From a virus, in the IMG/VR virus record IMGVR_UViG_3300009151_000061, positions 8,424-72,423 of that record: DNA of 64,000 nucleotides; one strand, 5' to 3'. The position numbers and the translations under genes are program-made. Each line of letters opens with the position of its first letter. The first letter of the stretch is position 1. Positions 29,779 through 40,322 of the stretch are shown here, piece after piece. A model generated the notes under the pieces. The model was not told where the DNA came from and ran no database searches. It saw only the letters and a program-made list of their open reading frames with translations.

Positions 29779-30370
29779 TATTGAAACCTAAGTCTTTAGC
29801 TCTTTGTAAAAACTTCTCTGATATTTGAGAAAGTTTATTCGAGTAGTTTAAATATCTGCCGTCATTTTGCATTTGATTCGCAACTAATCCTCTTAGATTA
29901 GCTTCATTTGGATCTTTAACTCTTAAAGTATATGTTTCTAATAAATCAATAAACCTTTCATCTTCACTATATGTCTCAAGAAAAGACTTAATCTTTTTAA
30001 CCTGTGGTAAATGTTCTTGTAAAAGTTTTGGCCTTTTAGACTTCTCAACAATCTCATCTATTCTTTTATCAATGCTTCTCCAATCATTACTTTCAGATTT
30101 TAGAGATTCTAATGTTTGGATTTGTTCATCTGATTTCTTACCATCCATTAAATCAAGAAGAGCCTCAACAAACATTTCCTTACCAGCAATACCAATTGAG
30201 CTATTCAATAACTCAGCTCTTGCCGAACCATATGATCTAATAGATAATAGATTATCCATAAGTTTTAATATACCAACCTTTAATTCATTAATCTCTTGTT
30301 GTTGCTTAGAGATTTCAATCTTTGGCTCTTCATTAACCTTTTGTCCTGTTATACTACTAAATTTTTTCAT
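29768..30370 (-). CDS. hypothetical protein, MKKFS...VNEE N-terminus
   Basis: TAATATATA at 30394-30402 (-). Confidence 0.7.
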   Translation of the reverse strand: MKKFSSITGQKVNEEPKIEISKQQQEINELKVGILKLMDNLLSIRSYGSARAELLNSSIGIAGKEMFVEALLDLMDGKKSDEQIQTLESLKSESNDWRSIDKRIDEIVEKSKRPKLLQEHLPQVKKIKSFLETYSEDERFIDLLETYTLRVKDPNEANLRGLVANQMQNDGRYLNYSNKLSQISEKFLQRAKDLGFNNAD

Positions 30371-30408
30371 TTATTTATAGTTGTTATTTGTACTATATAT
30401 TAAAAAAG

Positions 30409-30434
30409 AAACTCCATATTTTCATATGGAGTTT
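30409..30434 (-). terminator. intrinsic terminator
   Basis: aaactccatat-tttc-atatggagttt, downstream of the Hc1-like gene. Confidence 0.7.
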
Positions 30435-30441
30435 TATTTAC

Positions 30442-30672
30442 CTAAAGGTTTGCTTTATAATCTTGAACATCATCTCTGACTTCCTCAGCGGTTCTTCTAA
30501 GAAGTTGCATAAACTTTCTAACTCTTACACCAGCTGTTTTATTACCCTTAATGAAAAACTTTTCGAAATCATCTTTTAACCTCACTTTCTTACCATCAAT
30601 ATCGATCTCTTCGGTTAATATCTTCAATAACTCGTCATATTTATCGAGATATTCATACATTTCATTATTCAT
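30442..30672 (-). CDS. histone H1-like Hc1-family nucleoid protein
   Basis: DFEKFFIKGNKTAGVRVRKFMQLLRRTAEEVRDDVQ matches the Hc1 family core. Confidence 0.75.
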   Translation of the reverse strand: MNNEMYEYLDKYDELLKILTEEIDIDGKKVRLKDDFEKFFIKGNKTAGVRVRKFMQLLRRTAEEVRDDVQDYKANL

Positions 30673-30769
30673 ATACTATTTTATTTTTTAGTATATATAG
30701 AATTTTTAAATTTTCCTCGCTTTAAATTTTAATCAACTTACCTTTTTAATTATCTCTTCATAAACCAGA

Positions 30770-31384
30770 TTAGTCATCCATGAATCGATTCCGAAAATCT
30801 TCTGGTCTATTACAAAGATGTACAAATATTGCATCCTCGATTGGATAGATCTTATCTATACAATTAAGAACATATGGATCATGTATCCTCACATAATTAT
30901 TATATATTGGAACAATATACTCCGCCATAACTTTCTGTTCATATGGGAACATTTTCCACTTTACATCATCACACATATTCCATATACCATCCTCAATTTT
31001 AACACCTTCTTTACTAACAAACTTAACCCCAGTATTAACCTTATAATCCCATGGCTTTTCATGGAAAAGATGATATAGTATATTTGGATCTGATAAATCA
31101 ATTACCAACTCTATTCTAATATCAAATCTATTTACCCAAACATCAGTATCAATCCAGACAAACCATTTAGCATCTGGATATTCTATCTCTGCTCTTTTTA
31201 GTATAACACATCTGTTATAATGTAGATGATGTATTTCCTTTTTTACTGGAGGTGTTTCATCATAGTATAACTTATAACCATTCAAATCACAATAATCTTC
31301 AAGTGATTTTTTAGTATGTTTAGCAAATTTCTTATCTAATGGATAGTGACCACTTACTAATATAATATCCGATCCGTTTATCAT
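30770..31384 (-). CDS. glycosyltransferase (GT34/GMA12-MNN10-like)
   Basis: YCDLNGY, WFVWIDTD (DxD), VNTGV, YEQ. Confidence 0.7.
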   Translation of the reverse strand: MINGSDIILVSGHYPLDKKFAKHTKKSLEDYCDLNGYKLYYDETPPVKKEIHHLHYNRCVILKRAEIEYPDAKWFVWIDTDVWVNRFDIRIELVIDLSDPNILYHLFHEKPWDYKVNTGVKFVSKEGVKIEDGIWNMCDDVKWKMFPYEQKVMAEYIVPIYNNYVRIHDPYVLNCIDKIYPIEDAIFVHLCNRPEDFRNRFMDD

Positions 31385-32472
31385 TCGACATTAAAGTGTT
31401 TTCTTAACGTTTCTAATGTATTTTCCTTTGACTTATTAAAATATTTAGTTGAAGTCCCCCTTAATATACCAAGAGATGAAAATAACCTAAATAAATCCTG
31501 TACGTCCCTTGGTAATAAAATTACCCCATTCATTTTACATAAATCTATTATTGACTTAATAGATGGTAATCTATCATTTATTTTAGTCTCCTCAGTGAAA
31601 ATAACATTAACAACAGAGTTACAATAGAACCACTTTTGATAAGCTGGGTTAGAGTCAATCTTTTCTTTTATTTCAATATAAGAACGATACTTATAATACT
31701 CATTGAAATAAACCCCAAAAAGTATAGTTAGTTCAACTAGAGTTGATATTATAACAAAGAAGAATGAGTTATTCTTATTCTCATCTTTCTTATCTTCTCC
31801 TTCTTTTTTCAACCCTTCTTCATAAGTCTTAATACTAGATACCAACTCTTCTTTATATAACTTGATCTTTGAATCATCCTCTTTGGATTGATCATCTAAA
31901 TCTTTCATCAACTTCTCCTGTTGCTTAGTTACTTTAGACTCAACTATAGAAGATTGTAATTTTGTTTGCATCTCAATGAGTCCATTCTTATGAGTTTCTA
32001 CTAAAGCAATCTTTTTATTTGTTTCCGATGTAAGTGAGTCCTCATATCTTTTTGTATCTGTTTTAATCTCGGTGTCTATTTGTTTAGATTTAGAAGAGAA
32101 CTCTTGAGCACCTTTGATTGATGAATAAAAAGAAATAGAAACTATGATAAGACTGGTTATCATCAAAGGCATTACATCTTTATGATTAAAACTTTTATGT
32201 TTGATTTGTTGAAGTGAGAACTTATCAAATATTTCCCTTTTTAATAACTCCAATCCACCTAATAGTATTACCGAAGCAATACTAACTAGTATAGGATTGT
32301 TTGTAATAGCTCCAGATAATATCTTAGATATTAAAAAATATGCTAAAAATATAGAAGCAATATGTCCGAATATAGACAAGAAGAACATAACAGTATTAAT
32401 GTTCTTAAAGCTTTTGCTAAAGTCTTGCTCTTGTACTGATTCCTGTAATTTTTGAAAATCACTTAGTTTCAT
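31381..32472 (-). CDS. multi-pass membrane protein with coiled coil
   Basis: Three N-terminal hydrophobic helices, a coiled coil, then a fourth helix. Confidence 0.7.
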   Translation of the reverse strand: MKLSDFQKLQESVQEQDFSKSFKNINTVMFFLSIFGHIASIFLAYFLISKILSGAITNNPILVSIASVILLGGLELLKREIFDKFSLQQIKHKSFNHKDVMPLMITSLIIVSISFYSSIKGAQEFSSKSKQIDTEIKTDTKRYEDSLTSETNKKIALVETHKNGLIEMQTKLQSSIVESKVTKQQEKLMKDLDDQSKEDDSKIKLYKEELVSSIKTYEEGLKKEGEDKKDENKNNSFFFVIISTLVELTILFGVYFNEYYKYRSYIEIKEKIDSNPAYQKWFYCNSVVNVIFTEETKINDRLPSIKSIIDLCKMNGVILLPRDVQDLFRLFSSLGILRGTSTKYFNKSKENTLETLRKHFNVE

Positions 32473-32791
32473 CTTGTGTAATTATTTTTCCAGTCCATCT
32501 TTCCTTCCAAGAAAGTTTTCTGTTTTTCAACTGACCAATCTGATTTTCCAAATCAGCTTTTTTCGATAAGATATTATCAACTTCTTTTCTTTTTAATTCC
32601 TCGATTTCCTTTATCCTTTCAGACTTGGAAAGAATATCAGATTTAAGAAGTTCATTCCTACCGGATATCGTGCGGCAATAGTTTCTAAATTGAAACAATA
32701 GGAACCTATATTCATCCGGATTTAGACCTTCGTTAAAATCAGAGGTCATTAAATAATTAAGTATTTCTTCAGTTGATAGATTATTCATCAT
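32459..32791 (-). CDS. hypothetical coiled-coil protein
   Basis: ORF track. Confidence 0.65.
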   Translation of the reverse strand: MMNNLSTEEILNYLMTSDFNEGLNPDEYRFLLFQFRNYCRTISGRNELLKSDILSKSERIKEIEELKRKEVDNILSKKADLENQIGQLKNRKLSWKERWTGKIITQDETK

Positions 32792-32807
32792 TAGGGTATA
32801 TATATTT

Positions 32808-33893
32808 TTATTTAAATCCTATATCAGATATTGGAATTAACCTGCTTCTTTTCTTAATAACATCAACAACTTTAGTCGGTGTCTTGATCTTATTCTTACT
32901 TCCCAATGTCTTAGCAAGTTCAGAAGCCTTGGATTTATCAAGAGCATCAACCTCTATTATATCAATAAGATTATTACACTCAAATAGATTATGATCTACT
33001 AGGCTAACATTGTCCACGTTTAATATGGTTATTATGTTTAGATCAAAACTATCAGACTGAACACCATCTACCAACTGTAATAAGTTATTAGTGAATATAT
33101 TAGACTTGGTATACAACTCACTAAAGTAGATTTCAGAATCATCAATAACTATAACCGAGTTCTTATATCTCTTAATAAAACTTCTGAACTCTGGGTTATT
33201 AACTGTTACTTCTATCATAGAAGATGGTATAAAAATAACTACCTTATCCAACATAGAAGCAATCCAGTTTACAAGTACGGTTTTGCCGGTTCCTCTTTCA
33301 CCCCATATAATACTCAAACCTTTCGGAGTTTTCTTTATTGACTTAACTAACTTCTCGGCTTGTTTCATAACATCATCATTGAAATAGTTTTCAATGTTAT
33401 CATAGTCTGCCTTTAGTAGATCTATTGAATCTATCTCCAATCCTGTTTGTGATATAGTTACTGTATTAATCCTAGTAAGATTTTCTTGACTTAGTTCTAT
33501 TTCAACCTCCTCAAGTTCCCCAACTAACTCTTCTACACCCTCAACACCAGAATTTGAATAGTAAATAGCGACCTCACCGATTATTGCTTCCTCGGTTAGT
33601 TTATCGTATTGAATCCATGATACATAAATATCTTCAGTATATTTAACCAACACTTTTTCATTGACCATGTAGTCCGTACCAGTAGGAACTACTTCGGTAA
33701 ATATACCAGTGTAGTCTTCTAACTTAGGTGAGAATAACTCTAGAAATTTAGATGTCTCATAGTTATTAAACAAAGACATTTTATTTGGACGTGAACCGAA
33801 TATTTTCCAAACATAAAGGTAATCATTAACATTATTATCATCACGACTTATGTTAATATTGGGTTGTTCGACTTTTGTATTTTTTTGAGACAT
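32808..33893 (-). CDS. AAA+ ATPase
   Basis: GERGTGKT (Walker A), VIVIDDSE (Walker B), LLQLVDG. AAAC-N18-TATAA at 33914-33940 (-). Confidence 0.8.
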   Translation of the reverse strand: MSQKNTKVEQPNINISRDDNNVNDYLYVWKIFGSRPNKMSLFNNYETSKFLELFSPKLEDYTGIFTEVVPTGTDYMVNEKVLVKYTEDIYVSWIQYDKLTEEAIIGEVAIYYSNSGVEGVEELVGELEEVEIELSQENLTRINTVTISQTGLEIDSIDLLKADYDNIENYFNDDVMKQAEKLVKSIKKTPKGLSIIWGERGTGKTVLVNWIASMLDKVVIFIPSSMIEVTVNNPEFRSFIKRYKNSVIVIDDSEIYFSELYTKSNIFTNNLLQLVDGVQSDSFDLNIITILNVDNVSLVDHNLFECNNLIDIIEVDALDKSKASELAKTLGSKNKIKTPTKVVDVIKKRSRLIPISDIGFK

Positions 33894-33945
33894 TATAAAT
33901 TTATTTTTAATTTTTATATATATGTTAAATATAAATGTTTGAGAT

Positions 33946-34125
33946 ATGAATAAAGATGTAGAAACTATATTATGTTATAATATTTATATAGCTTCCGCTA
34001 ATTGTGATAAACATAGGAGTTTAGCAAGAAATCTGTTTACATGGAGAATTAAAAAAGCGTTGAATAAGAAAAAGTCTCATCCAACGCGTTTTAAATTTTG
34101 GAAGCTTATATTTGGGGGCCGTTAA
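33946..34125 (+). CDS. small unlisted ORF (59 aa, MNKDVETILC...FWKLIFGGR)
   Basis: Read by hand. AATGTTTG, one mismatch from TAnnTTTG, lies 4 nt upstream. Confidence 0.35.
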   Translation: MNKDVETILCYNIYIASANCDKHRSLARNLFTWRIKKALNKKKSHPTRFKFWKLIFGGR

Positions 34126-34330
34126 CAACAGGCATACCCAAAGTCGGACCACCAAATCCCGGTAATGGTAGTGGAGTAACCGGTGAGTTAAATAACCCTT
34201 TTTGTTTTTCTTGTTCAATCAACTTCATCAAAAATTCTTCCTGAATCTTTTGAGCTTTCTTTTTTTGAATATTAGATTGTTCGTTTCTTTTAGCAATCTT
34301 CTTACGATGTTCTTTGGCTTTCTTACCCAT
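34106..34330 (-). CDS. small basic hypothetical protein
   Basis: ORF track. Confidence 0.65.
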   Translation of the reverse strand: MGKKAKEHRKKIAKRNEQSNIQKKKAQKIQEEFLMKLIEQEKQKGLFNSPVTPLPLPGFGGPTLGMPVVNGPQI

Positions 34331-34364
34331 ATTAGTTAGATTTTTTTATTATATATCATTTTTA

Positions 34365-37300
34365 TTAAAAGTCGAATATAAACTGGAAATTCTTATTCTC
34401 TTCCATCCATTTTTGTAACTCATCCCGATTTAAATCTCTTATATCTCTACCATCACTTGTCTTTATCTCATAGATAAAATTACTTGGTTGTATATTTGGA
34501 TTAAAACTTTGAGTACCAGACGAAAAATAGTTACCATTTAACAAGTTCATAATATCCAATGGACTCAAATCATCATTTGTTTCCTTAGTTAGTTTAATAT
34601 GAGGTGGTGGATTAATAATACCACCTATTCCAAAAAGAGCCCACATAAAGTCAACTATACCATTAAATATTCCCTCAAATATACCAAGTATACCATTTAA
34701 CTGTAATAAAGGAATCATCTTTGGAATAGAAGAGTTTGGAAAAATCATACTTTTTATTTGATCTAAGTTGTAAGTAGGTAAATTTGTCCAAGGAAGTTTT
34801 GATATTTGATTCATATCAAAGCTACTTTTTGAATTTGCTTTAGCTCCCGGTATCCACTCTAATAAATACTTCTGTATATCAAAATTAATACCAGACAACC
34901 CAAACAAACTGGTTGGAACCGTTGGGTTGAAAAAGTCAGACATCCACTTAAACGAAACAAAGTCAACTATCTTAGATGGTAACTCAAAAGGATTTGTCAA
35001 TCCTTTGAAAAAATCCATAATATATTGGACTATACCTAAAACTAACTTCAATGGTAAAGTAACCATACTCAAAACAAAATTCAGTATAGGTTGTATTCCA
35101 GCTAATGCTAATCCTTCTAAAGATTTTGCTAATAACTTTTTTAGTTCTGATATTTTATCCTTAATAAACTGGTTATTGGGATCAGACTTCTGAGCATCAT
35201 TTAACGCATCAATCGCACTTGGGTAATCCCCTTGATCTTCATATTCACCAGCCTTAACCAATAATCCCCTCACATAATCAGTAACATAAATATAAGTGTA
35301 GTCGACTCCAGGTATGTAAACACCAGTTGAATATTGTATAGATATATCTTCTGAATAAACATTAGACCCAGCTTGGGTAGTGAACGTATTACTTGATAAG
35401 TTTGAACTATAAGATGTACTATTTGCTAACACACTTAGTTTCATTTGTTGGTTAATAATGTCATGACTTATTCCTAAAATTTCAGCCAATGTCTTATCCG
35501 TACTAGGCACCGAACCACCAAGTATAGGTAGAAATGGTATTTGTGGGGTATTAGTCAGTAAACTACTTAACTGAACCTTTAGTCCGAATTTTAACCCAGG
35601 CAATTTTATTAAATCACCAAATAACTTAACACTTGATACCCCATCCAATATAAACTTAGCAACTCCAGCGTCTGTTATATAAACATAATTTTTTAGACTA
35701 GAATTTTTTACATAAGATTTCATCTCCTTAACATCACTTGGAGTGGGATTTGTCTTAGACTTCGACCCAACCTTTTTTAAGTCATTAATGAAGTCTTTAG
35801 AAAAGAATCCAAAGTGAGATAATCCAACACCAGTCCCAAACTTATCGGTTATTATATCTAGAATAAATGTTGAAGGGTTCTTTATTAAATCTAATAATAA
35901 ATCGATAGCTGGGAATAATTTAGTAAAAATCTGAATCATCAATGATATAAACGGTTTAATAGCTTTGATTGCATCTTTTATATGGTAGTTACCACCACCA
36001 CCTATAGATCCCTCTGCTTGGTCTATTATACTAGATATTGGATTTTTATTCTTAGATGATAATACCCCCTCAACTATATAATATGTCTCAGTATCATCTT
36101 CACTAGTCATATATCGGTATATTTGTTCAATATCCTGATTAGCGTCAACGGTTTGGTTATTAGAATCAACCCCTTGCATCGGAGTACCGTAATAACCCTT
36201 AGAATAAAGTGTGTCAATCTGTAGTTGTTTGTTGGTTATTTGATTACGATCAATAATTTTACCAAACGGATTGGTTGAGTCCTTAACTCTTATTTCAGTT
36301 GGTGGTATAACTACTCTATTCTGCGATATACTCAAATCAGTTAATTTAATACTTACTATATTTTGTTGAATATCACTTGGAAGTAAAGAAACTAAATCAT
36401 TAGCATAAACCTGGACATAGTCAAATTTTAGATTGTTAAAGAACAAAACTTTCCCATTTGGGAACGTTAAGAAATTTGGATTGTAATAAATGTCAACACT
36501 AAACACCCCATTTGAATAAACCCCTCTTTGTAAAGTATATACACCATTATTATTTGTTAAGACATAAGTATAATAGTTATCTACAAATGAATAACCAGAT
36601 TTAAATTCGTCCGGTATTTTATAATATCTCATCTCCAGTAAGTAAGACTGTTTTAGATCAATATTATCCCAAGATATTTCCTTTACAGTTCCAGTTGTTG
36701 GTATATTTAAATTATTACCACTTAATGAATAATAAAAGTAATCATTATTAGATAGTGATATAGTCAAATTATTCTTAATAAATCTTACTATTGTAGTTGA
36801 TACTTCATGGCCGGATATATCTGTATACTTAATATCAGTTGAAGAATCACATTTAATAAACTTCATATCATACTCAGAATCAGGATCAATCCAAATAGAA
36901 CCGGAAGGCCCACTTATTTGTTTAGCCTCATAGGCATAGTTTATATTATAATACTGAGACGGAACATAACCCAACCCATTTGTATTACTATTGTTTGATA
37001 TAGGCAGGAAACCATATTTTATTATATTATCAATATGACTTTGTAACATAGTAATTCCTTTCATTGAAGGCACACCAGAATTCGGTGTCTCAGATTGAGT
37101 ACCAACTGTAGTCAACATAGTTGATAGCTGTGTAAGAGCAGAATCCTTTTGAGACTGTGTAAGACCTTGTTTATCCATTTTTTTACTAGCATCATCTAAA
37201 AAGTATTGTAAGTAGTAATTACGAGCAACCTCATTATTTGTTGTTATCTGATTATAGTTACCATACCACTTTCCACTATTGTATAACCAAGGAAGCTTTG

Positions 37301-38180
37301 ACTTAATCTGATCCTCAGTTAATGGGGTAAATTGACTAGATGAAGTACCAACTGTATAAACCGCAAATACAACATTATCTGGTTTACCGTCATCATCTGT
37401 TGGTATGGATTGTGTAGCATTAGAATCAGGTAGAGTTATTGAATCATCTTTAATATATCTATACTCATATTTATAATCAACCCCCTCTTCATACTGACCT
37501 GTTGAGTAAACTATAGACTGTGTTATAGATGTATATCCTTGTGGTAAGTAATCATATGTAGTAACATCTGATTGACTTGATTGGGACAGACCTGTATTAG
37601 AGTTAGAAGTTGTAGTAGTATCTGATTTTCTTATATTGGATAGACTATTTAATTTACCTAAAGAATTACTGAAACTATTAGTACCTCCATATCCAAGAGC
37701 GGCTGGATTTCCAATCGGCTTAGCAGATGAACCACCAAATGCTAAAACCCTTGCGATTATATCTTCAATAAGGACGAAATTGTTTAAAACTATTTTAGCT
37801 ACCTCTATGTAAGGTTTCTGTGTCTCAAATATAGAAGTAATAAGAGCTTTCTCCAAGGATTTAAGACCACCTAGATTACCACTACTAACCCCCATTGATA
37901 TATCACCTGGGGGTACTTGTATTCTACCGTCTTTAAGGTATTGTTCATGTGGTCTATTAAGAGTGGTTCCAGTGGCTTTTGTAAATGTTTTTAACTGGTT
38001 AACATTATTCATTTTACCGATGTTTTTCATTAACATCTTTTTCTGAATACCATCAGCAATACCAATATCACCTTGGGCGAATTTAATTAAATACTGGATA
38101 TCTGTAACAAGTAGAACTGGTTTAGGAGAAGGTTCTCGTGAATCACGAGGGTAATTTACAAGGGTAAAATTTATAGCCAT
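34365..38180 (-). CDS. large putative virion structural protein (1271 aa)
   Basis: TAATATATA at 38185-38193, 4 nt from the ATG. Internal duplicated segments SxxYSTGxYxxGVDYxYxY. Confidence 0.6.
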   Translation of the reverse strand: MAINFTLVNYPRDSREPSPKPVLLVTDIQYLIKFAQGDIGIADGIQKKMLMKNIGKMNNVNQLKTFTKATGTTLNRPHEQYLKDGRIQVPPGDISMGVSSGNLGGLKSLEKALITSIFETQKPYIEVAKIVLNNFVLIEDIIARVLAFGGSSAKPIGNPAALGYGGTNSFSNSLGKLNSLSNIRKSDTTTTSNSNTGLSQSSQSDVTTYDYLPQGYTSITQSIVYSTGQYEEGVDYKYEYRYIKDDSITLPDSNATQSIPTDDDGKPDNVVFAVYTVGTSSSQFTPLTEDQIKSKLPWLYNSGKWYGNYNQITTNNEVARNYYLQYFLDDASKKMDKQGLTQSQKDSALTQLSTMLTTVGTQSETPNSGVPSMKGITMLQSHIDNIIKYGFLPISNNSNTNGLGYVPSQYYNINYAYEAKQISGPSGSIWIDPDSEYDMKFIKCDSSTDIKYTDISGHEVSTTIVRFIKNNLTISLSNNDYFYYSLSGNNLNIPTTGTVKEISWDNIDLKQSYLLEMRYYKIPDEFKSGYSFVDNYYTYVLTNNNGVYTLQRGVYSNGVFSVDIYYNPNFLTFPNGKVLFFNNLKFDYVQVYANDLVSLLPSDIQQNIVSIKLTDLSISQNRVVIPPTEIRVKDSTNPFGKIIDRNQITNKQLQIDTLYSKGYYGTPMQGVDSNNQTVDANQDIEQIYRYMTSEDDTETYYIVEGVLSSKNKNPISSIIDQAEGSIGGGGNYHIKDAIKAIKPFISLMIQIFTKLFPAIDLLLDLIKNPSTFILDIITDKFGTGVGLSHFGFFSKDFINDLKKVGSKSKTNPTPSDVKEMKSYVKNSSLKNYVYITDAGVAKFILDGVSSVKLFGDLIKLPGLKFGLKVQLSSLLTNTPQIPFLPILGGSVPSTDKTLAEILGISHDIINQQMKLSVLANSTSYSSNLSSNTFTTQAGSNVYSEDISIQYSTGVYIPGVDYTYIYVTDYVRGLLVKAGEYEDQGDYPSAIDALNDAQKSDPNNQFIKDKISELKKLLAKSLEGLALAGIQPILNFVLSMVTLPLKLVLGIVQYIMDFFKGLTNPFELPSKIVDFVSFKWMSDFFNPTVPTSLFGLSGINFDIQKYLLEWIPGAKANSKSSFDMNQISKLPWTNLPTYNLDQIKSMIFPNSSIPKMIPLLQLNGILGIFEGIFNGIVDFMWALFGIGGIINPPPHIKLTKETNDDLSPLDIMNLLNGNYFSSGTQSFNPNIQPSNFIYEIKTSDGRDIRDLNRDELQKWMEENKNFQFIFDF

Positions 38181-38204
38181 ACGTTATATATTATGGTATA
38201 ATAA

Positions 38205-38516
38205 CTACGTCCTTTGGTTGTATATAGATACTGGTTTATTAACATTTATACCATGCTGCCAAGTACCTAATTTTAATGAGTTTTTATTATTGAATCTACC
38301 TCTAAGTTGTCCGGTTTGTAAATCAGTTAAATAAACATGGAATTGGTCTGCGTATTCATCATCACTATTAGGATTTGTGAAATATTGTTCATCTGCCTCA
38401 AAGTCATCAACCGAAGATATAATACCAAATCCCCATCCACGACCTTTAAGATCTTTGATAATACGTTCATAGTCGTATTTATCTTCCATCATTTCATTAA
38501 ACCTCATTATTCTCAT
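38205..38516 (-). CDS. hypothetical protein, MRIMRFNE N-terminus
   Basis: ORF track. Confidence 0.7.
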   Translation of the reverse strand: MRIMRFNEMMEDKYDYERIIKDLKGRGWGFGIISSVDDFEADEQYFTNPNSDDEYADQFHVYLTDLQTGQLRGRFNNKNSLKLGTWQHGINVNKPVSIYNQRT

Positions 38517-38518
38517 AT

Positions 38519-38854
38519 TTATTCTACTTTGTAGCCATGACCCCCATTTATATAATAAAGTCTTGTAGCATTATAAGCTTTTCTGTTTTCAAGTATTTCT
38601 CTCATAAATTCAAGAGCATTTAAAAAGTCTGGATTTTCATCAGCTGTATGAAAGTTTCTAATACCAGATTCATCAATCATCGGTTCAAAGTTCTTATTAA
38701 ACTCCCTATTTATCTCATTTATATAGAAGTTAGCTGCTTTCTCTTTAGTTGAGAAAACTCTAGTAGATTCTATATCACCATCATAATAGACTATATTAAC
38801 AATCCAAACCTCATTAAGATTAGAAGCTTCCTCAAATAGTTTAATCCTCTTCAT
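38519..38854 (-). CDS. hypothetical protein, MKRIKLFEE N-terminus
   Basis: ORF track. Confidence 0.7.
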   Translation of the reverse strand: MKRIKLFEEASNLNEVWIVNIVYYDGDIESTRVFSTKEKAANFYINEINREFNKNFEPMIDESGIRNFHTADENPDFLNALEFMREILENRKAYNATRLYYINGGHGYKVE

Positions 38855-40274
38855 TAGGCATTGTAGTCATTTTATCTGAAACTATTTGGCTGAAGTTATC
38901 AACTGGTTCAAAATGATACTTAGCTGATAACTTACCAGACATTTCACCACCACTAAACCTAACTGATACAAAACAGTTAATCAATGGTTTTTTATCTAGA
39001 TCAAGTCTTATTTTAATAGTAAAGTCATTGTTTTCTTCTTCCTCTTCATCAACCACCATCTTAACATGGTAATCAAATAAAGTATCTATATCTTCAAAGT
39101 GATCTCTAAAGAACTTCCTTGGAGGTATTTGGTTAAACGAGTTACCTTTATCTCCTAAATAGAATACAGGTCTTTCTAAACAACCCATCTTTTCAACAAT
39201 GGTTTTTATAAGTTTCATCTTAACATTACCAGTACCCATTTTAAATCCGTCATCTAATTTCTGGATGTCGTCAATCGAGTTAGCTGATAATGATTCAGTT
39301 AATAAATGTTCTAATATCTTAGAGTTTAAGATAAAGATTTTCTTTTCCATCCATTCATTATAAACTCTATCAGTATCTAAGAAACAAGAATCTTTATGTT
39401 TCCATATCTCCGACATTAAATCAGAAAACTTTAAAATGTTTTTATCAAACTCTTTAATATGTTCTCCTAATGTTTTATATCTTGGATCTCTATGTTTTAG
39501 TTCATAATACTCAAAATAACCAAGAGAATCCATTCTATTTGGTTCAATGAACTTTTCAATGTGTAGTTTAATGTTTCTATTAGCATTCTCATATATTATT
39601 TTAACCCAGTCTTGAGTTAGTTTATCCCACTTCTTAATGTAATCCTCATTATACATCTTTTCAGTATCATTACCGATTAAATCATCAGCAAATTTATTGA
39701 AAGAAGCTGATTTAGAACTACTTAATCCTTTATTTAAAAATAAACTAAACTGTCTACCATCTTTTAATTCTATTACTATATCTTCATTATGATCTTTATC
39801 ACGATTAGGACCAATCCAATAAATACTTCTGATTAGATCCTCTGTTAGTTTTTGATCCGGTAATATTTTATCAATAATATTACGAGCAGTTATTCTAGCA
39901 TTAATAAGTGTATTCCAATCATCTTCTATATTAAACTTAACATCATTGAATACAGCATTGATCTTAGCTGACTCGTCATCTGATATACACTTATCATCTT
40001 GGAAGATTCCTAAGTGTAATCTGTTTTTAGCCATTAATAGATTTTTAAGATCTGTTGTAAATACTTGAGAGTTCTCTGAATATCTAGCCTTTAGTCCTCT
40101 ATCAAGAACATTGTCTAAAAACTCATTATTGATTAGTACCATACATGTACAGATTTCTGATACAAGATTTTTAGGCTTATATGTAGATTTAGATTCTGGC
40201 TCAGGTTGGGCTTGAACTTGCATTATATTATTTTGAGCTTCTAAAAATAAGTGGTATTTTCTGATGACTTTCAT
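38841..40274 (-). CDS. hypothetical protein, MKVIRKYHLFLE N-terminus; possible degenerate PD-(D/E)XK fold
   Basis: EDIVIELKDGRQFSLFLNK. Confidence 0.6.
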   Translation of the reverse strand: MKVIRKYHLFLEAQNNIMQVQAQPEPESKSTYKPKNLVSEICTCMVLINNEFLDNVLDRGLKARYSENSQVFTTDLKNLLMAKNRLHLGIFQDDKCISDDESAKINAVFNDVKFNIEDDWNTLINARITARNIIDKILPDQKLTEDLIRSIYWIGPNRDKDHNEDIVIELKDGRQFSLFLNKGLSSSKSASFNKFADDLIGNDTEKMYNEDYIKKWDKLTQDWVKIIYENANRNIKLHIEKFIEPNRMDSLGYFEYYELKHRDPRYKTLGEHIKEFDKNILKFSDLMSEIWKHKDSCFLDTDRVYNEWMEKKIFILNSKILEHLLTESLSANSIDDIQKLDDGFKMGTGNVKMKLIKTIVEKMGCLERPVFYLGDKGNSFNQIPPRKFFRDHFEDIDTLFDYHVKMVVDEEEEENNDFTIKIRLDLDKKPLINCFVSVRFSGGEMSGKLSAKYHFEPVDNFSQIVSDKMTTMPNEED

Positions 40275-40288
40275 TATTGTTTAAAACA

Positions 40289-40310
40289 ATTTTAATATAT
40301 ATATTAAAAT
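40289..40310. promoter_or_regulatory. 22-bp palindrome with TAATATATA on both strands (putative bidirectional late promoter)
   Basis: attttaatatatatattaaaat between divergent N-tagged genes. Confidence 0.6.
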
Positions 40311-40322
40311 CAAATCATCATT

